Positions 1 to 9,408 of a DNA stretch of 27,885 bases are shown in pieces. The position numbers were made by a program, and so were the translations under genes. The notes below the pieces were generated by a model, which was given only the letters and a program-made list of their open reading frames with translations, was not told the origin of the DNA and searched no databases. The DNA is from Promethearchaeota archaeon (lineage in GTDB: Archaea; Asgardarchaeota; Lokiarchaeia; Sigyniarchaeales; SOKP01). The stretch spans positions 1-27,885 of the forward strand of contig SDNY01000045.1 of assembly GCA_004524535.1 (NCBI GenBank). The letters run 5' to 3'. Position 1 is the stretch's first letter. Every line of letters begins with the position of its first letter.

Positions 1-1238
1 GGATTTGGATTGTATTCTGTGATTATATGTATAATTGCGAAAATGAACGCTTGAAAAATAAAGCAAAGTCGGAAGAAGAAGGTGCTAATCCCCGCAAGAG
101 TCCCTTCTTGGTGTACTTCATTTGTAATTGTGAATTCATCATTAACATCTGCTGCAACTGGACCTAAAGCGATCCAAAAACCGCCGGAAAATACCCCTCC
201 TAAAAAAGCGTAAAATGTAGCTTCAAAGAGAGTCGTCATCCATAATATTGGAATATATCCCACAGCTATTAAAAAAAGGCCTATTTGCATCGTTTTTACG
301 TGTCCAATTTTTTGTAGTGCAATAGCCCAAAAAGGTAAAAAGAGTAGTATACCGATAAAACCCGCCAATGTCGGAAATATTCCATAATATAAAGGAAGTT
401 TAAGAATATCTTTTATAAAATAAATATGGGAAGTTACATATAAAATTCCTCCCAAAGTCATAAAAAAAGAGACACAAAAGGATACTTTGTAACTTTTCTG
501 GTGAAAAGCCAATTTCATTGACTTCAAAAACGATTCCCTTTCTTTATTCTCAAATCCCCGGAGGAAGCGTTCTTTCATTGCTTCTGTTTCCCGTATACCT
601 GGAATAAATAAAATAAATACAAAAGCTAAAATTATATTACAAATAACTGCCGACAAGATATAAGATGCTCTATTTCCATATTCTACAATAATAAAAATTA
701 TAAAAAACAATGGCATACCTAATACACGCGGAACAATATTATTTATTAAACTTGATTTTCTGCGTTCGGTTTCTGTACGGAAATGCGTAGTATAACCGGC
801 ATTTAAATGGAGTGAAAATAGAGAAGAGAATGTGTCCAGTAAGCACGAGATGATTACAAAATACCAAAAAACTATCCAAACGTTAGAGGGAGATGCATCA
901 GGTGAGAGGAAAAGAAGAACCCAGCATATTATCATTGGTATCGCACTGATTGTGATCCACGGAAACCTCATTCCATATTTTTTAGTCCACCGAAATGGCT
1001 TATCAGTAAAATAGCCTAAAATTGGGTCATTAACCATATTCCATACAGCAAAAATCATGAATCCAATACCCAATAGGATAACAGGCAGGCCTACTTCGAC
1101 TTCATAGTAATAGAATATTATAGTTGTAAAAAAACCCGCTGAACCCCCTAATATAAGATGTCCTAAAGAGAAGGAAAGCATTTTTTTGGTGGAAGCTAGT
1201 TCCCATTTCGAATAGTCTATTTCAGAATCTTCACTCAT
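1..1238 (-). CDS. MFS transporter, GPH/MelB (MFS_2) family; 3' end runs off the window
   Basis: Not in the ORF track. ATG at 1238 with GGAG upstream. Hand translation MSEDSEIDYSKWELASTKKMLSFSLGHLILGGSAGFFTTIIFYYYEVEVGLPVILLGIGFMIFAVWNMVNDPILGYFTDKPFRWTKKYGMRFPW contains the GPH-family W-N/D-x-x-NDP-x-x-G-x-x-x-D...G-x-R-x-PW signature. Confidence 0.9.
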   Translation of the reverse strand, partial: MSEDSEIDYSKWELASTKKMLSFSLGHLILGGSAGFFTTIIFYYYEVEVGLPVILLGIGFMIFAVWNMVNDPILGYFTDKPFRWTKKYGMRFPWITISAIPMIICWVLLFLSPDASPSNVWIVFWYFVIISCLLDTFSSLFSLHLNAGYTTHFRTETERRKSSLINNIVPRVLGMPLFFIIFIIVEYGNRASYILSAVICNIILAFVFILFIPGIRETEAMKERFLRGFENKERESFLKSMKLAFHQKSYKVSFCVSFFMTLGGILYVTSHIYFIKDILKLPLYYGIFPTLAGFIGILLFLPFWAIALQKIGHVKTMQIGLFLIAVGYIPILWMTTLFEATFYAFLGGVFSGGFWIALGPVAADVNDEFTITNEVHQEGTLAGISTFFFRLCFIFQAFIFAIIHIITEYNPN

Positions 1239-1283
1239 TATTAATACTCCTAAATTTCATTTTAATTCAATTTAGTATTCCAA

Positions 1284-1928
1284 TTATCTTAGTTGCGAGT
1301 ACGGTAGTGTATAAATATTTATTAGGCGCTCTTTCGGGGCTAATTGCCGAAGTTGTCGAAAGAAATCTTTTAGAATATCATCGGCTGGTTGATAAGCTTC
1401 TTGGCGAAGTGCCGATTTCCACAGATCAATTACCTCATTAGGACTTCCAGCGACAGGACGCCAGCTCGCTATAATCGGGAAACCTTTAGACGCTTGTTCT
1501 AATGCTGTAAGAAACTCAGGCATTTTATTGGGTGCAACTTCGAGAGTTGCGAGGCTATAGACCCCAAATGCTTTTCTCTGACTACGACGAATTGCTTTAT
1601 GCAAAATTTTTGGTAGTACAGGTTCTAACGGTTCGAGCAGACGTGTTCTTCGTTCAGGGGCGATTTCCTCGAGACGTGCCATATACTCCCCCCATGCTGG
1701 GTCTTGACTAGTTTTCATGCGGAAAGATTTCAATTCTTCCATATCATTGAACTCCATTATATGCGTTACTTGAGAGAACCATTCCACATCGCTATACCAA
1801 GCTGCTACCAGACGAGGTCCCAGACGCTCGCATATAGGAACCAGTTTTTCCTGCGCAAATTTAATAAAAACGTCAAGCGTTTCTGGACTAGCTGGTATGA
1901 GATTTAGCTTTTCTTCTAAATAAATCAT
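1284..1928 (-). CDS. NIPSNAP-family protein (two tandem dimeric alpha/beta barrel domains)
   Basis: Two similar halves (RLVAAW...QVTHIMEF...APERRTRLL and PIIASW...NEVIDLW...APKERLINI) match the NIPSNAP pattern. Co-oriented 45 bp upstream of the transporter. Confidence 0.7.
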   Translation of the reverse strand: MIYLEEKLNLIPASPETLDVFIKFAQEKLVPICERLGPRLVAAWYSDVEWFSQVTHIMEFNDMEELKSFRMKTSQDPAWGEYMARLEEIAPERRTRLLEPLEPVLPKILHKAIRRSQRKAFGVYSLATLEVAPNKMPEFLTALEQASKGFPIIASWRPVAGSPNEVIDLWKSALRQEAYQPADDILKDFFRQLRQLAPKERLINIYTLPYSQLR

Positions 1929-2044
1929 AATTACAATAAAGAGAGATTCAAATATAAATCATTTTTAAACAATTTCAGCATAAAAAAAAATTTTATATGA
2001 ATACCACACTAATATTTATGATATATAATAGGAGTTTTTTTGAA

Positions 2045-2425
2045 ATGTTTCGAATTGAGATAATAGGAGAGAATTGCTTATACATAAAAACTCTAGGGAC
2101 ATTTCCTAAATCTGTAGCTAAGCGATTCGTGAAAGAATTTGAAGAAAAAACGAAAAATTACGAAAATTTCTGCACAATCATAGATAATCTTGATGCTATT
2201 TTGTTAGATGTTAGGTCTTTTAACATAATTTTAGAATTATTAAAAAAGAATAACGAAAAATTAGGAAAAGCAGCGTATGTTATTTCCGCACATAACCTTC
2301 CTTTAGATAAAGAAATTGAAATATTGTTGGAGAAAGCAGATTCTCCCAATCGAAAAATCGTACATAATCTTGACGAGGCTAAAGAATGGGTTGGGATTAA
2401 AGATATTATCATAGGAAAAGAATAA
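2045..2425 (+). CDS. STAS/SpoIIAA-like (STAS/SEC14) domain protein
   Basis: Start moved to ATG 2045, which has GGAG upstream. Pattern YIKTLG...TIIDNLD...GKAAYV...KIVHNLDEAKEWV, with the family's typical C-terminal EA-x-x-W. Confidence 0.65.
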   Translation: MFRIEIIGENCLYIKTLGTFPKSVAKRFVKEFEEKTKNYENFCTIIDNLDAILLDVRSFNIILELLKKNNEKLGKAAYVISAHNLPLDKEIEILLEKADSPNRKIVHNLDEAKEWVGIKDIIIGKE

Positions 2426-2445
2426 ATTATTAGTCTTTTATTATT

Positions 2446-3246
2446 TTATTTGCTATTTAGTCTTTTTTTGGTTAGCTCAATTGCTTTAGGATTATTATCA
2501 ACACCAATCCACCTTCTTTTAAGCTTTTTTGCGACTGCTAAGGTAGTACCCGATCCACAAAAAAAATCTGCAACAATATCTCCTTCATTTGAGGAAGCCA
2601 AAATAATGCGTTTAAGTAATTTTTCCGGCTTTTGAGTAGGATATCCTAAATATTCTTTTGATTTTGTTCTTGTTTGGTAAGAATATATATCGTTCCATAC
2701 ATCTCCTACTAAAGTTCCAGGTTTTTCGTCTAAATATTGTTTTCCACCTCTCCTTTTTCTATAGAGCCGACCATCTTCGTCCTTGTATCGGAACATTTTT
2801 TTTATGTACTCTTCCTTATAAGGTAAATATTGTTTATTAAACGTAAATTCCTCTGATTTGGTATAATACAGGATCGTATCATGCTGACGTACCCATCCTT
2901 TCACTTGACTTTTAAATCCTGAGACACTTCCTACATTCCAAATTATCTCTCTTTTAAAAAGATTTCTTCCAAATATGCTATCACATATCGGTTTTAAATC
3001 GAAAACGGCATTAGGATCACAATGACAGTAGAAACTACCATTCTTTTTTAACACACGATGCATTTCTCTTATTCTTGCTTGCATAAACTCTAAATAATGA
3101 TTTAATGAATTCCATTGATCAGAAAATTCTTGATAATCCACCCCCGTATAGAATGGAGGATCTATATAAATTAAATCTATTATTTCTGAATCGATTTCTT
3201 TTAAAAAATCTAAATTATCGACCAAATGAACCGTGTTGAGTTTCAT
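2446..3246 (-). CDS. Site-specific DNA methyltransferase (N6-adenine/N4-cytosine, beta class), no cognate endonuclease nearby
   Basis: Catalytic DLIYIDPPF near the N-terminus; YPTQKPEKLL and SAM-binding DFFCGSGTT near the C-terminus. Confidence 0.92.
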   Translation of the reverse strand: MKLNTVHLVDNLDFLKEIDSEIIDLIYIDPPFYTGVDYQEFSDQWNSLNHYLEFMQARIREMHRVLKKNGSFYCHCDPNAVFDLKPICDSIFGRNLFKREIIWNVGSVSGFKSQVKGWVRQHDTILYYTKSEEFTFNKQYLPYKEEYIKKMFRYKDEDGRLYRKRRGGKQYLDEKPGTLVGDVWNDIYSYQTRTKSKEYLGYPTQKPEKLLKRIILASSNEGDIVADFFCGSGTTLAVAKKLKRRWIGVDNNPKAIELTKKRLNSK

Positions 3247-3282
3247 GTGAGAATTAAATAGAATCGAAACTTAATAAATATT

Positions 3283-3669
3283 GTGAATAATATGCGATTA
3301 AACGAAGAGTTTCTTGAAGATTTTAAGGATTACAATTTTTCACAAATAAAGGAAGAGAAGATCTTCTTGGTAGGGTCAATAACTAAAGCTAAAGATTATT
3401 TCATTAAAATTGAATCAATTTTGCAAATTATTTATAAAAAAATCGTGTCGATTTGCTCTGTAGATGGTCTTTTAAACAAGGATATGTTTATTACCAAGGA
3501 ATGGAAGGATTTACAGCAAATTGCCTTAAGAAAATTACATGATCAAGACGCAATTTTAGTTTTAGATGTAGACAATTATATTGGTGATCAGTCTAAAGAA
3601 GAGATTGAGTATTTTGAGGAAAAATTAAAGAGACCCGTATATTATTTATCCAAATTAAAAGAATCATAA
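3283..3669 (+). CDS. Hypothetical protein with nucleoside 2-deoxyribosyltransferase-like (DUF4406-like) fold; start may be ATG 3292
   Basis: KIFLVGS...RKLHDQDAILVLDVDNYIGDQSKEEIEYF...RPVYY follows the NDT-like pattern (D-x-I-x-V...G...EI-x-Y). Confidence 0.55.
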   Translation: MNNMRLNEEFLEDFKDYNFSQIKEEKIFLVGSITKAKDYFIKIESILQIIYKKIVSICSVDGLLNKDMFITKEWKDLQQIALRKLHDQDAILVLDVDNYIGDQSKEEIEYFEEKLKRPVYYLSKLKES

Positions 3670-3736
3670 AATTTAATTCATATAGTTCCAATAATTTTAA
3701 CTATAATAAAGCTAAATTCATTCAAGGTTTTCTAAA

Positions 3737-4513
3737 ATTTTATTAAATTACTTTATTGGGACAGCAGGTAGTGGAAAATCCACAATTACAGGACAATTAA
3801 AAGATTATATAATAAATCGAGATCCAGAGATCTCTGCCATTACTATAAATCTAGATCCGGGTGTCAAGATTATACCCTACACTCCAGATATAGATATACG
3901 AGATTTTATTGTCCTCGAAGAGGTTATGGAAGAATACGGATTAGGTCCTAATGGTGCGATGATATTAGCCTCAGATTTAATGATTAATTATTTAGACGAC
4001 TTAAAGGATGAGATCGACGAGTATAATTCTGATTGGGTTTTAGTGGATACTGCTGGTCAGTTAGAACTTTTTGCATTCCGAGAAACGGGACCTTTAATAG
4101 CAAGTTCTTTAGGATTTGGTGATATACAAAGGTCTGTATGTTTCCTTTTTGATTCGAATTTTGTTCTTAGACCAAACGGTTTTATATCAACACTGCTTTT
4201 AGCAGCTTCGGTACAATTCCGGTTCAGAAAAATCTCTCAAATTAATATACTTTCAAAAGCAGATTTATTAGATGAAGATCAGATAGATATGATCGTTAAT
4301 TGGAGCCAAGATTTTCAAGCTCTGGAAGAATCTACGAGTGAGAGAGAGATAGGATTAATCCGGGAGTTATCAATGGATTTAGCTGAGGTGTTTATTCAAA
4401 TGGGATCAACTGCCGAATTAATTCCGTGTACTATTAAAGAAGAAAATGGTCTTGATCTATTATTTGGAAGTTTGCAAAGAGTCTTTGATTCAGATAAATC
4501 AAGGTTTTATTGA
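3737..4513 (+). CDS. GPN-loop GTPase (ATP_bind_1 / PRK13768-type); probable ATT start
   Basis: The frame extends upstream of ATG 3926 through the P-loop FIGTAGSGKST and NLDPG. GLGPNG, VDTAGQLE and SKADLL motifs follow. Confidence 0.92.
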   Translation: MLLNYFIGTAGSGKSTITGQLKDYIINRDPEISAITINLDPGVKIIPYTPDIDIRDFIVLEEVMEEYGLGPNGAMILASDLMINYLDDLKDEIDEYNSDWVLVDTAGQLELFAFRETGPLIASSLGFGDIQRSVCFLFDSNFVLRPNGFISTLLLAASVQFRFRKISQINILSKADLLDEDQIDMIVNWSQDFQALEESTSEREIGLIRELSMDLAEVFIQMGSTAELIPCTIKEENGLDLLFGSLQRVFDSDKSRFY

Positions 4514-4602
4514 AAAAATTAATTTTTCTTAAGATTTAAGTAAATTAGAGTAATTTTATTATTTAGATTAAGACTGAAAAAAAAATCACTACATAATTAA
4601 TA

Positions 4603-5700
4603 ATGAAAATTATTGGTCCTGTCGCAGGAATAGGCTCTCGATTACGCCCTTTTACGTTGAGTAAGCCAAAAGCCTTTATTAGAGTCGCAGGAAAAACGGT
4701 TCTTGACCATATTCTTACAAAATTTAGTCATACTTTTGAGCCAGATACAGAATTGATTATTATTGTTGGATATAAAAAAAGACAAATAATAGAACATATA
4801 AAAAGACAATACAATGATAAGTTCAAGCTAAACTTTATTGAACAAATCCCAAGAGGTTATAAGGATAATATCCCATATTATTGGGGCCTTGCGGAAGCAA
4901 TTTATTTAGCGAATGAAGCGTTTAAGAATATAAAAATCGATTCGCAAGATGAAGATAAAAGAGAAGGGGCGCTAATATTTTTAGGAGATATGATTCCAAT
5001 TGATGAATATTCGTACGTAACGATGAGATATTATGAATCTGACGTGGATGGGATAATTACGGTGATGAGAGTCCCTAAGGAAGATGCCAGTTCTTATGGC
5101 GTAGTAGTTACAGATGATAATAACATAATTACGAAATTGGTTGAAAAACCACCAACGTTTATTTCAGACTTAGCAATTGCCGGGATCTATGCTTTTTCAA
5201 ATTCAGCTATTAAAGCTCTTTTCAATCATATAAAAAAATATTTGGATCAAAGAACGGATGAAACAAAAGAAATTTATATGACTGAAAGCATGCAGGACTT
5301 AGTAGATGATGGGTTTAAAATTGCTGCGGTAGAATTAAAAGGAGGAATGCTTGATTTTGGAAGACCTTCAGAAGTATTAAATGGCAATCGTTTTCTTTTA
5401 GAAAATCATTCTATTAAAAAGGAAGATTTTCAGACTTTAAATATCTCTGTGGAAAGAAGTTTTATTAAGAATCCAATTTACATTGAGAAAAATACACGAA
5501 TTATAAATTCTATTATAGGACCTTACGTTTCAATAGGAAGAAATTGTATAATTAAAAATTCAATATTAGACAATTGCGTTATCGAAAGGAATAATACCCT
5601 TTCGAACATCATATCTAAAAATTCTATTATTGGAAGTAATGTTAAGGTTGAGAATATAAGTAAAGACAATTTAATTATTGGAGATAAAAGTGTCTATTAA
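4603..5700 (+). CDS. Sugar-phosphate nucleotidyltransferase with C-terminal left-handed beta-helix (glucose-1-phosphate thymidylyltransferase-like)
   Basis: AGIGSRLRPFTLSKPK, LGD, YGVV, VEKP and DFGRP motifs; hexapeptide repeats (IINSIIGPYVSIG). Confidence 0.9.
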   Translation: MKIIGPVAGIGSRLRPFTLSKPKAFIRVAGKTVLDHILTKFSHTFEPDTELIIIVGYKKRQIIEHIKRQYNDKFKLNFIEQIPRGYKDNIPYYWGLAEAIYLANEAFKNIKIDSQDEDKREGALIFLGDMIPIDEYSYVTMRYYESDVDGIITVMRVPKEDASSYGVVVTDDNNIITKLVEKPPTFISDLAIAGIYAFSNSAIKALFNHIKKYLDQRTDETKEIYMTESMQDLVDDGFKIAAVELKGGMLDFGRPSEVLNGNRFLLENHSIKKEDFQTLNISVERSFIKNPIYIEKNTRIINSIIGPYVSIGRNCIIKNSILDNCVIERNNTLSNIISKNSIIGSNVKVENISKDNLIIGDKSVY

Positions 5701-5899
5701 GATCTCCTGTAATCCCCTTTACAAAAGCATCCACATGTATAATTATTTTTTCTGATCAAAATTATTAAAAAATTGTAAAAAACCTTTTCATACTATTATT
5801 TTAAATTGAGTAAAGTATTAATTTTAGCAAAATAAATTTATTAGTTAATTAAAAAAGTTTTTTTTAAACCAAAATATAACATTATTACGGAGATTTTTA

Positions 5900-7333
5900 A
5901 TGCCTTATAATATCGCCTTTGACCTTGGACATAAACCAAGAGGTTTGATAGATCAAAACTATACCGAACTCCGAGATTATTTAAACGCTAACGATTTTAT
6001 ATGCTATAATTACTTAGAAATTCCCATAACGCAGGAATCTTTAAAGTCTTATGATATACTAGTCTTTGTGTGTCCTGATTATGCAAAACTCTCACAACAA
6101 GAAATAATTGAAATTGTAAATTGGGTAAAAGAAGATGGTGGAGGCTTATTATTACTCTCACATGCAGGAGGTGATAGAGGCAGAAATAGTAATTTATCAG
6201 AATTAAGCGAATTTTTTGGCATATCCTTTGAAAATGATCAAGTTCTTGACGAGATAAATAATATTGGAATAGAAAATCTGCCCTTAATAACTGCTAATAA
6301 TTTCATTCCCCCACATCCTATTACAAACGGCATTAATGAGATATGCTATCGTGCGGGCTGTTCACTTAATGTTCATGGGGGAGCTATTTCTATAATTTCT
6401 TCAAATGAGACTTCTGAACCCTTTTCTTGTCCGTTAGTATGTGTTTTCGAACCAGAAAACGGCAGAATTTGTGCAATTGGAAGTTATGAGCTGTTTAGAG
6501 ATAATACTGGAGGCGGGTTTCAAAATGATGAGCATGCGGAATTAGGATTAAATATCTTTAAATGGCTTATAAGCGAATATAGGATGGAATTATCACAACA
6601 TGGCACAGTTCCTGTTGCTCAAACTACTCCGGGCGAGACAGAATCTAATTCAACAGAACAATATACCTCACCATATAGTACTGATATTGATACGCAAAGT
6701 ATTGAACATATTGAACATATTGATTCATCTATAACATTTTCGTCAAGAGAAGAATTAACAGGTCTCTTAGAGAGTTATTTACATCAAATTAACACTATTA
6801 AAAATAATATTGAATCTCTCATTAAACATATAAATACTTATGGTGATGCAATTTTTGAACAAGTGCCTCAAGAAAGTGAAGCGACAGAAATTATTGAGGA
6901 AGAGGATAGTATTCCTTTGTCTGCTTTACCACCTAAACCTCAGGATTTTGGGAAAAAAGGTGAGAAAGAAAAAGAGGGTACCCCCGAAGTTATCATTGGA
7001 CTTGAGCCTGTTGAATCTTATGAACGAGATACTGTAGAAAAAGTTTCAGATAATGCTCTAGCTGAAATTGCTAAATCAAAAGAATCTAAATCCAAATCCA
7101 AATCTGAAGCTAAAAAACCACCGATAGATGAAAAAGAAAAATTACAAGCAGAGCTGGAAAGTTTAGAATCAAAATTAAATTCTGTTCATAATTTAATAAA
7201 TTTTATCGAAAAGAAGCATCAATCGGGCAAATTAGATGATAAATCTTACGAAAAACAAACGCGCAAATTACAAAATGATTTAGGAAACACTGAAAATCGT
7301 ATCGCAGAAATTAAAGATATTTTAGAAGGTTAA
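5900..7333 (+). CDS. GIFT (GldG/IFT52/DUF4350-like) domain protein with acidic linker and C-terminal coiled-coil hairpin
   Basis: N-terminal ~225 aa: IAFDLGH...ITQESLKSYDILVFVCP...GGGLLLL...NLSELSEFFGISFENDQV...HPIT...GRICAIGS...NIFKWL. No signal peptide. The rest is low-complexity, then helical. Confidence 0.7.
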   Translation: MPYNIAFDLGHKPRGLIDQNYTELRDYLNANDFICYNYLEIPITQESLKSYDILVFVCPDYAKLSQQEIIEIVNWVKEDGGGLLLLSHAGGDRGRNSNLSELSEFFGISFENDQVLDEINNIGIENLPLITANNFIPPHPITNGINEICYRAGCSLNVHGGAISIISSNETSEPFSCPLVCVFEPENGRICAIGSYELFRDNTGGGFQNDEHAELGLNIFKWLISEYRMELSQHGTVPVAQTTPGETESNSTEQYTSPYSTDIDTQSIEHIEHIDSSITFSSREELTGLLESYLHQINTIKNNIESLIKHINTYGDAIFEQVPQESEATEIIEEEDSIPLSALPPKPQDFGKKGEKEKEGTPEVIIGLEPVESYERDTVEKVSDNALAEIAKSKESKSKSKSEAKKPPIDEKEKLQAELESLESKLNSVHNLINFIEKKHQSGKLDDKSYEKQTRKLQNDLGNTENRIAEIKDILEG

Positions 7334-7360
7334 TAAAAGAACTTTTTTTAAAAAGAAATC

Positions 7361-8701
7361 TCATTTATTTTTAGATTTTCCTAATTTCGGTTTAAATTCA
7401 TCAGGAACATAAGGTTGAGCGTATTTATTAACAATCTCAAAAAAGTCTTTGTCCGAAACTCCTCTTGTAATCTTTTTCAGTTCTTCTTTAATTATATGAA
7501 AAGATTTTCTTAAATCTTCTTTTGAGGTCGATTCGTGTTTAGTTTTTACTTCTGTTACTATCTTCCTTATAATATCTTCGGGAATATCTAAATCTAATAC
7601 TTCTAATTTGTTTTTTAATGCGGCCATAATTGATTTTGAACCGCTAAATTTCCCAAGATAGAATTTTCTTCTTCTCCCAACTATTCTAGGGTTTATGGGT
7701 TCGTAAGTTAGTGGATGAGCTAAAATTGCAGCTATATGTAGCCCACTTTCGTGGCTAAAAGCGTAATCTCCGACAATTGGTTTGTACTGCGATAGAGGTT
7801 TGCAAAAATACTTTTCACAAACCTCACTTAATTCAGGTAAAAGATTGAGCTTTATACCTGTATTAATCCCTAATCTATGTAAATTCATTACTACTTCATC
7901 AAGGGCAGCGTTTCCTGCTCGCTCTCCGTAGCCATTGATACATGTATGAGGATATTCACAACCTTGAATAACGCCTGTTATTGTATTTGCCACTGCCATA
8001 CCAAAATCGTTATGAGTATGGATACCCATGTAAATTTTCTCTTTTGCATGGTCTAAAACCTCTTCTCTAATTCGAGTTATTAAATATCTAGTAGAACAAG
8101 GTGTTAAGACGCCAACAGTATCTCCAAGAACTATTCGTTCGGCACCTGCATCAATGGCCGTCATAAAGACGTTTTTTAAATGTTCGAAATCGCATCTTGT
8201 CCCATCCTCTGACACCCAATTGACCTTTAATCCATTCTCCTTTGCGTAAAGTATTGCAGTTCTAATCTTTTCTAATTGATCTTGTTCAGTTTGTTTTAAT
8301 GTTTTCCTAAAAATTGGAGAGATTGGCATAAATATAACGATTTCTTTAAGATCTGCATCAATACACGCATCTATATCGTCTTTTCTAGGTCTTGCGATGC
8401 CTAATATAGTAGATCTTCTTAAATTTTCATTTACAATTGTCTTTACAATATTTTTTTCAGATTCCGAAACGGCGGGAAACCCTACGGCTATTAATTTAAC
8501 ACCAATGTCATCCATGAGTTTTGCTAAATGAATTTTCTCGTCAAGTGTAAGGGTCACTGTAGGGGATTGCTCACCGTCCCTGAGAGTCTCATCCCATATG
8601 TAGACATTCTTAGGTTGCTCAATTTTGAAATCTCCGCAAGCAATTTTATTATAATCAATGAGGAGTTTTTCCAATTCTTCTGTAGTAAATTTATAAGACA
8701 T
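7361..8701 (-). CDS. Homocitrate synthase / isopropylmalate / citramalate synthase family (DRE-TIM), lacking the C-terminal allosteric domain
   Basis: DETLRDGEQ, HTHNDFG, GYGERAGNA, AFSHESGLH and TYEP motifs. Substrate cannot be assigned from sequence alone. Confidence 0.9.
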   Translation of the reverse strand: MSYKFTTEELEKLLIDYNKIACGDFKIEQPKNVYIWDETLRDGEQSPTVTLTLDEKIHLAKLMDDIGVKLIAVGFPAVSESEKNIVKTIVNENLRRSTILGIARPRKDDIDACIDADLKEIVIFMPISPIFRKTLKQTEQDQLEKIRTAILYAKENGLKVNWVSEDGTRCDFEHLKNVFMTAIDAGAERIVLGDTVGVLTPCSTRYLITRIREEVLDHAKEKIYMGIHTHNDFGMAVANTITGVIQGCEYPHTCINGYGERAGNAALDEVVMNLHRLGINTGIKLNLLPELSEVCEKYFCKPLSQYKPIVGDYAFSHESGLHIAAILAHPLTYEPINPRIVGRRRKFYLGKFSGSKSIMAALKNKLEVLDLDIPEDIIRKIVTEVKTKHESTSKEDLRKSFHIIKEELKKITRGVSDKDFFEIVNKYAQPYVPDEFKPKLGKSKNK

Positions 8702-8901
8702 TAGTAATTCTCCATGAAAATATTTAATATTGAAAATTAAAGAAGTTAAATAAATTTCATTTTACAGAAGTAAAATAAAAAACCATAAATTGATTAATAT
8801 TAATTAGGACTTTTTTTATAGAGACGATTCTAGTAAATCTTGGTAATTATTTTTATTTTCTTAAAATCTCTTTCACCTGATTAATCTCCAATAGCAACAC
8901 C

Positions 8902-9240
8902 TTAATCTTCTAATCTCGTATTTTCTAAGAATCCTAACCCTCGTGGTGTTGACTTCCAACCTTCTTTAGATTCAATAATAAATAGACACTGCTTTAACAT
9001 TGATAAATGGTAATTTAATTGATCTTTTTTTAACTTAAATTCCTTTTCAATCTCATCATTGCTCCTAATTTCATTACCAATGAATTTTAAGAGCTCTCTT
9101 CGGTCTTCATTCATCATTGTCCTATATGCTCGGCTATGATCTAATTTATGATCAAGATTCTCTGTCATTTTCAGAAAATCCTTTAGTTCTTCTTCAGTCA
9201 ATTGTGATTTATTTAGCATTTTCTTCATTTCATCTTCCAT
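8902..9240 (-). CDS. Winged helix-turn-helix protein (ArsR-like)
   Basis: NEDRRELLKFI...QLNYHLSMLK...WKSTPRG. Confidence 0.75.
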   Translation of the reverse strand: MEDEMKKMLNKSQLTEEELKDFLKMTENLDHKLDHSRAYRTMMNEDRRELLKFIGNEIRSNDEIEKEFKLKKDQLNYHLSMLKQCLFIIESKEGWKSTPRGLGFLENTRLED

Positions 9241-9408
9241 AAAATAAACCCCTTAAAAGTTCATTAAATATTTTAATAAAAACAAAAAGAAATTCTTTAC
9301 TAAAATAAAATTTCTTCGATAATTAGGATCTGATCTATTTAATTAAAAATAGTACTATTATATAATAAAATCAGCTTTTTAAAGAAATTAAAAAAATAGG
9401 ATGATATT

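Noticed and set aside
832-1014. 60-aa plus-strand ORF
   Set aside because: Antisense shadow of the GPH transporter gene.
6700-6723. 9-bp tandem repeat attgaacat (IEHIEHID)
   Set aside because: Small slippage duplication in a low-complexity linker.
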